Part shown: positions 59,065 to 64,000 of the stretch, piece by piece
Numbering within the stretch: the stretch's first letter is position 1
Layout of the letters: each line of letters begins with the position of its first letter
Assembly (NCBI GenBank): GCA_009694465.1
Contig: SHUW01000001.1
Span: 3,723 to 67,722 of the forward strand
Origin: Ilumatobacteraceae bacterium
GTDB lineage: Bacteria; Actinomycetota; Acidimicrobiia; Acidimicrobiales; Ilumatobacteraceae
Length of the DNA stretch: 64,000 bases
Direction of reading: 5' to 3'
Notes under the pieces: model-generated
Told to the model about the DNA's origin: nothing
Database searches by the model: none
What the model saw: only the letters and a program-made list of their open reading frames with translations
Program-made: the position numbers and the translations under genes

Positions 59065-61209
59065 CTACGAGCAGGACAGGTAGACGAGCACTGCCGTTTC
59101 GGGCCACATCACTGGTGCCTGCAGACCCACGACCTCAAGGTAACGCCCCGTAAAGGTCGCCGGCGCCCCACGCAGAGCCTCTGAAAGCCACTCTGGCTGC
59201 CTCACCACGGCCCCAGGGACTATGACGGAGGTCGCAGTGGTCAGCGGCACGATCTGAACTTCGTAGAGAGCGTCCTCAAGCAAGCCGGGTAAACGCCACA
59301 TAGGTGGCGTCAGCGAAACATCGGAGGACAACTGGCAATATGCCAGGAGAGCTTGGCACCGATCAAGGGAATACACCCCATGAGACAATCCTGTTCCAGC
59401 AGTGAGTTCGAAAGTATCAAAGCGCACGGTGTCACCACCATGCAATAGATAGCGATACTTTTTATATACGCCGATGATGTGACGAAGTTGTTCCAATTCG
59501 GAATCACGAAGTTGTGTGACATCACTTTCAACACCCAAGTGACCAAATAATGCTGTCGCTCCGCGAAAACTCATTGAATGTCGTCGCCCTGTCGTATGTG
59601 AACGCTCCGCCCCGATATGTGATCCCATCACCTCAGGCGGTATCAGCATGGATGCCCCACGTTGAATCAGTTGTCGATCCAAAGCATCGTTGCTATCGCT
59701 CGTCCACACTCGTTCGACACGACTCAAAATTGCATGATCAATCCGTCCACCTCCCGAGGCACATGATTCAAATTCAACGCTCGGATGTAATTCACGAAGA
59801 CGATCCAACAGCGCATATAAGGCCACAGTTTGATCATGAGTTCCAGCTTTGCCATCGGGGTTACTCCCCTGTACGTGCCAACGATTCATATCCCACTTCA
59901 CATAGTCAATGTCGTGGTCGCGCAACAGCGCATCTAATTGAGTCAGGACATGTTCAAAGGCCCCCGCGTTCCACAGATCAAGTACCAATTGATGACGACC
60001 GAGAATCGGCTCATAACCTTCCGTCGCCAAAACCCATTCGGGATGGGCCCGATACAGATCGCTGTCTGGATTGACCATTTCTGGCTCCACCCAAATACCA
60101 AACTGCATATCTAGCGCCCGCACATGATCAATCAATGGATTGAGGCCATCAGGATAAACCTCGGATGAAACCCACCAATCTCCCAGACCCTGCCGATCGT
60201 TACGACGACCGGCGAACCAACCGTCGTCAAGTACAAAGCGCTCAATTCCTACTGCTGCACCGACGGTCGCTAATTCTTTTAGGCGTTCAATATCGTGATT
60301 GAAATAAACTGCTTCCCAAGTGTTGAGATGGACTGGACGCGCAGACAGTTCAAAACGTGGTGAGCGCCGACGCGCTTCATTGTGAAATCCCCACGATGCC
60401 GGAGTCATACCCGAATCCGAATAAACCCCTATGACATCAACGGTACTGAATTCATCTCCGGCATAGACACAGATCTCACCAGCATGGAATAGTTCGCCAC
60501 ATTGGATGTAGCGACGACCGTCAGGTAATTTTTCGGCGTAGATCACATGATTAGCGCTCCACGCCGAGTGTATGCCCCACACTTCGCCTTGCCATTCAGT
60601 AGCCCCCGATTGCAAAGCCCAGACATAGCTGGGATGCTCATGAGATGAGCGACCGAGACGATTCTCGCTCGTCCACGCTCCGTACGGCCAGCGAAATTTC
60701 TGTAACTCAAACTCGCGAGTCCAACGACCACCGAAGACACCGAGGTCCTCAGCATGTGATGCCAGTGGCAGAGAAACCGTGAAAGCGTCAAGCATAAAAG
60801 GTGAATCGCCAACGTTGCGCAAAATGCAACGTGTCGTGAGTACGCCATCGTTGGATAAGTGCAGACAAGAAACGATTTCAAGTTCGGCTATGAGATCATG
60901 CGCCACGCACTCTAAAAGAGTGCCATGAAGATCATCAATGACTTCATGCGATACATAACTAAATCGCGGTGACCAGTGTCGTCCTCCACGGCGGTGCCCT
61001 TGCAACCCAGGCCGCCCTGTGAATGCATCGCCATGCAGTGGCACGACAGAGATCGGAGTTGTGGAGTCCATCGCTCCGAAAGTCACGGGGAACGAACCCC
61101 ATGTTTGCGGAAGGTCCGCCAGAGTCTGCCCCCAATGCAAAATCGTCGGGATGCCACTTGAGACATCAACGACAACGCTCACCGTTGAACTCTTGAGATG
61201 TTGAATCAT
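59065..61209 (-). CDS. Alpha-galactosidase, glycoside hydrolase family 36
   Basis: Start set at the ATG at 61209 (MIQHLKSS...). FVLDDGWF, YVKWDMNR and CASGGGR motifs. 714 aa, as expected for GH36. Confidence 0.85.
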   Translation of the reverse strand: MIQHLKSSTVSVVVDVSSGIPTILHWGQTLADLPQTWGSFPVTFGAMDSTTPISVVPLHGDAFTGRPGLQGHRRGGRHWSPRFSYVSHEVIDDLHGTLLECVAHDLIAELEIVSCLHLSNDGVLTTRCILRNVGDSPFMLDAFTVSLPLASHAEDLGVFGGRWTREFELQKFRWPYGAWTSENRLGRSSHEHPSYVWALQSGATEWQGEVWGIHSAWSANHVIYAEKLPDGRRYIQCGELFHAGEICVYAGDEFSTVDVIGVYSDSGMTPASWGFHNEARRRSPRFELSARPVHLNTWEAVYFNHDIERLKELATVGAAVGIERFVLDDGWFAGRRNDRQGLGDWWVSSEVYPDGLNPLIDHVRALDMQFGIWVEPEMVNPDSDLYRAHPEWVLATEGYEPILGRHQLVLDLWNAGAFEHVLTQLDALLRDHDIDYVKWDMNRWHVQGSNPDGKAGTHDQTVALYALLDRLRELHPSVEFESCASGGGRIDHAILSRVERVWTSDSNDALDRQLIQRGASMLIPPEVMGSHIGAERSHTTGRRHSMSFRGATALFGHLGVESDVTQLRDSELEQLRHIIGVYKKYRYLLHGGDTVRFDTFELTAGTGLSHGVYSLDRCQALLAYCQLSSDVSLTPPMWRLPGLLEDALYEVQIVPLTTATSVIVPGAVVRQPEWLSEALRGAPATFTGRYLEVVGLQAPVMWPETAVLVYLSCS

Positions 61210-61239
61210 GTTCACCCCCCGCCCTACTTTGTACTCACA

Positions 61240-62157
61240 ATGAGTCATAGTCAACCTGATCTCCGCAAGAATGAGCAGATGCCAGCAGACAGTACGAGCA
61301 AACAGCCCGATATTCGTGTTGATCCCATTCTTGGCACCACCGTTCATATTGTTGGTCATCGCCAAAGCCGACCGAATTTGCCGACGAATAATGCTTCTGG
61401 CGAATGCCCATTCTGTGTCGGAGGACAGGAAGCCCCTGAGCCCTATGAGGTCCGCTCTTTCGTCAATCGCTGGCCGGCAATGGCCGATGAACGCTGCGAA
61501 GTGGTGTTGTATAGCAGCGATCATCACGCCTCGTTTTCCACCCTGAGTGTGGATGCTGCAGCCAAAGTGATTGAGCTGTGGGCACAAAGAACAAGCGCCC
61601 TGTCATCACGCCCAGATGTGCACTATGTCCTGATTTTTGAGAATCGTGGTGCCGAAGTAGGTGCCACAATTTCACATCCCCACGGACAGATCTATGCCTA
61701 CGACCATGTCCCCGATCGTCCACAGCGTCTATTCGACGCTTCTTGGAAACCCGACACCACGCAATCGCGCAACGTCAACACAACCCCTCTGTGGTCGTGC
61801 GTTGTGCCCTATGCCTCGCCATACCCAACGGCAGTGACGATTGCTCCCGTTCAACGTACGGACGACCTCGCGTCTTTGTCATCTGAGCAGAGACGCGGAC
61901 TTGCCGAAATCTTGATCGACACTTTGTCACGACTTGATCGTCTCTTTGACACTCCTTTGCCGTACATGATGTGGATCAATCAGCGGCCACCTCAAACGAC
62001 ACATGATGATGCATGGATGAATATTGAAATTGTTTCACCGTGGCGACAATCAGGGTTGGCGCGCTTCATAGCCGCTGCCGAAGTTGGCGCCGGCGAATAC
62101 TTTAGTCCGGTGGTACCTGAAGAACTTGCTGAAAAACTGCGCCGACTCAGTCACTGA
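61240..62157 (+). CDS. galT: Galactose-1-phosphate uridylyltransferase (HIT superfamily, class I)
   Basis: Zn site CPFC and active site SHPHGQIYAY. The start is ATG 61240 or 61279. Confidence 0.85.
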   Translation: MSHSQPDLRKNEQMPADSTSKQPDIRVDPILGTTVHIVGHRQSRPNLPTNNASGECPFCVGGQEAPEPYEVRSFVNRWPAMADERCEVVLYSSDHHASFSTLSVDAAAKVIELWAQRTSALSSRPDVHYVLIFENRGAEVGATISHPHGQIYAYDHVPDRPQRLFDASWKPDTTQSRNVNTTPLWSCVVPYASPYPTAVTIAPVQRTDDLASLSSEQRRGLAEILIDTLSRLDRLFDTPLPYMMWINQRPPQTTHDDAWMNIEIVSPWRQSGLARFIAAAEVGAGEYFSPVVPEELAEKLRRLSH

Positions 62158-62947
62158 AAGGTGCAAACTGTGGCGAGCGCTTTTCCAAGAAAGACTGCAC
62201 GCCCTCTTGGAAATCAGCACCCATCACCGAAGCGTTCATCATCTGAATTGAGTTCGTGGTTGCGGTATCCACATCAATCTCCCAGTCTCCGTAGACCTGC
62301 TTCTTCATCTGCGCCCAACTCGTTGGTGAACAATTTTGCGCAAGATCAGCGGCGTACGCCAGAACATGGCTCATCAACTCCTCGCCAGGTACGACCCCAT
62401 TCACTAACCCCATCTGCATTGCTTCATCAGCAGTGATGACCCGACCCGACAACAGCAAATCAAGTGCCCGTGGCATGCCGATCAACTTTGGTAGAACCCA
62501 CGAGGATCCATATTCACAAATAAGACCGCGTCGACTAAATGATGTCGTCAATTTGATTCCACTGGCGGCGAAGCGAAGATCACAAAACGCTGCCAAAACG
62601 AATCCAACGCCAGCTGCTGCGCCATTGAGAGCAGCGATGATTGGCTTGGGATAAGAAACGAAATCACTAAAGCGACCGCCACCTGTGGCGGGTCCCGCGC
62701 CGCCTGCAGGGTTAGCGCGAATTTGATTGAGCGCGTCCATGTCAGCACCTGGACAAAAACCGCGACCCGCTCCGGTGATCACGACAACGCGCACCTCAGG
62801 GTTAAGGCGGCACTCTTCAAGTCGAGCGAAAAAATGCTTCGACATTGCAGCACTCCAAGCATTCATCCGATCAGGATTATTTAAGGTGATCAAGCCGATA
62901 CCCAGTTCTTGCACTGACAGGAGAACTAACTCAGACTGATTCGACAT
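62147..62947 (-). CDS. Enoyl-CoA hydratase/isomerase family protein
   Basis: ITLNNPDRMNAW, GAGRGFCPGADM and AALNGAAAGVGFVLAAFCD. Confidence 0.85.
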   Translation of the reverse strand: MSNQSELVLLSVQELGIGLITLNNPDRMNAWSAAMSKHFFARLEECRLNPEVRVVVITGAGRGFCPGADMDALNQIRANPAGGAGPATGGGRFSDFVSYPKPIIAALNGAAAGVGFVLAAFCDLRFAASGIKLTTSFSRRGLICEYGSSWVLPKLIGMPRALDLLLSGRVITADEAMQMGLVNGVVPGEELMSHVLAYAADLAQNCSPTSWAQMKKQVYGDWEIDVDTATTNSIQMMNASVMGADFQEGVQSFLEKRSPQFAPFSD

Positions 62948-63779
62948 CCTCTTGACGATACTCGCTCGCTCTCACTGCCTTACGAGCCTTGCTTGCATCA
63001 ATCGTGAAATAGACCGCTGCACCGACGATCAGAATCAGTGCAGTCCATTGGTTCAAGCGCAATCCTCCGCCCTCCTTGGTCGCATCAATGCGTAGCCCTT
63101 CAACCCAAAAACGACCAATGCCGTATCCCATGACATACACCGCCAACAATCGGGCTGGTCGTGCTGCAAGCATTCGGCGACCAACAAAAATTAATATCAC
63201 CGTCAGCGCCAAGTTCCATAATGACTCGTACAAAAAAGTCGGATGGAACAAAGTCCCGGCTGGATAGCCGGCATCCAAAACTTTGTCTGCATCAACTCTC
63301 AAACCCCACGGCAAAGTTGTGGCTTTGCCAAATAACTCTTGATTCCACCAATTTCCCCAGCGCCCTACGGCTTGAGCCAATGGCAACGCGGGTGCGACCG
63401 CCCATAAGCTCTGCGCAACGGGAAGATTCTCTCTCTTCAACGCCCAGACTCCAACAACGATGCCCAGCAACATTCCGCCAGGAATACCCAGTCCCCCTTT
63501 CCAAATTTTGACGATGTCAAAAGGGTGATCAGAAAAGCGACTCCATTCTGTGGCTACGTGATACAGCCGTGCACCAATCACGCCCGCTGGCACCGCCCAC
63601 ATGGCGACATTATTTACCTGCTCGGGGCCACCGATACCGATCGAAGTCATCCGTTTACCCCATAGGCGGACTCCCAAAATCACCCCTAGAGCAATCATCA
63701 AGCCGTAGGCACGCAACTGCAATGGACCGAGGTGAATCGCCGAGCTACCGGGGCTCGGGATATACGAAAGGAGGATCAC
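62931..63779 (-). CDS. lgt: Prolipoprotein diacylglyceryl transferase
   Basis: LRAYGLMIALGV, KGGLGIPGGML and GRWGNWWNQELFG Lgt signatures. Confidence 0.9.
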   Translation of the reverse strand: MILLSYIPSPGSSAIHLGPLQLRAYGLMIALGVILGVRLWGKRMTSIGIGGPEQVNNVAMWAVPAGVIGARLYHVATEWSRFSDHPFDIVKIWKGGLGIPGGMLLGIVVGVWALKRENLPVAQSLWAVAPALPLAQAVGRWGNWWNQELFGKATTLPWGLRVDADKVLDAGYPAGTLFHPTFLYESLWNLALTVILIFVGRRMLAARPARLLAVYVMGYGIGRFWVEGLRIDATKEGGGLRLNQWTALILIVGAAVYFTIDASKARKAVRASEYRQEDVESV

Positions 63780-64000
63780 CCAGTCACCTTGGAAACAAAG
63801 GCGAGTGATAATTCATTGATCAAATCCTTGTCATAGTCCTGCGTCGCCACATGGAAACTGCGCTCAAGCAAAATTCTTTCCACAGGTCCACCCCACTGCT
63901 TCGCCAATTGGTCGCTGGTGGCTGGATCAACGACGTGATCGTTCTTAGATGTGATCAGCAACATCGGGATCGAGCACGAACCATACTGCGACAGCATCGG
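63776..64000 (-). CDS. Alpha/beta-hydrolase (lysophospholipase/monoacylglycerol-lipase-like), C-terminal part only; continues beyond window
   Basis: PMLLITSKNDHVVDP...SFHVATQDYD contains the acid and His regions of the alpha/beta-hydrolase fold. The stop overlaps the lgt start. Confidence 0.6.
   Translation of the reverse strand, partial: PMLSQYGSCSIPMLLITSKNDHVVDPATSDQLAKQWGGPVERILLERSFHVATQDYDKDLINELSLAFVSKVTG

Noticed and set aside
61210-61587. N-terminal extensions of several track ORFs: alpha-galactosidase to 61587, ACS to 27379, amidohydrolase from 20035, ACS from 21354, thiolase from 50034, SBP from 34321, CoxG-like from 3739, gatA to 58820.
   Set aside because: The extensions overlap neighbouring genes, lack homology-like sequence, and end at internal ATG/GTG codons that have SD sequences or classic 4-nt stop/start overlaps. 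I used the shorter starts.

Overview
A gene-dense 64-kb chromosomal window with about 63 CDS and many 1-4 nt start/stop overlaps. It most likely comes from an Actinomycetota genome. The markers are F420-type LLM oxidoreductases, a gpgS/folP2-like pair, a DUF501-ppx pair, gatCAB and lgt. GC looks moderate by eye; I did not compute it. Layout: (i) 0-10 kb holds mixed housekeeping genes: CoA-transferase, an NlpC/P60 hydrolase, MobA-like and CoxG-like proteins, DUF501-Ppx/GppA, GNAT, NUDIX and two crotonases. (ii) 10-18.3 kb holds nucleoside uptake and salvage: a BMP-family lipoprotein with a 2-domain ATPase and two permeases, queF, a PhyH-type dioxygenase, add and upp. (iii) 18.3-52.6 kb is a large lipid/steroid-type catabolic island. 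It contains 5 SDRs, 2 FadD-like acyl-CoA synthetases, 3 acyl-CoA dehydrogenases, a crotonase, 2 LLM oxidoreductases, an OYE/FadH-type reductase, an aldehyde dehydrogenase, an amidohydrolase, a D-aminoacylase-like protein, a Liv-type ABC importer with unusual domain fusions, and an igr-like operon (ACAD / MaoC-DUF35 / ACAD / MaoC / Ltp2-like / P450 / thiolase). (iv) 52.6-64 kb holds a RibD_C-like reductase, gpgS, a divergent DHPS-fold protein, a gatC-gatA-gatB-folB-folK string, GH36 alpha-galactosidase with galT, a crotonase, lgt and a partial alpha/beta hydrolase. I recognised no rRNA, tRNA, CRISPR, transposase, integrase or phage genes, and no transcription-factor gene. Two observations stand out. 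First, a 23-bp palindrome (consensus GTTTCTGAC-N5-GTCAGAAAC) occurs seven times, always in promoter gaps of the catabolic island, which suggests an unassigned regulon whose regulator lies outside the window. Second, the ABC importer is built from only two polypeptides, a LivH-LivM-LivG triple fusion and an MFS-LivF fusion. It is co-operonic with a FadH/BaiCD-type reductase and an acyl-CoA synthetase. All functional calls come from reading the translated ORFs and recognising motifs; no database search was run.
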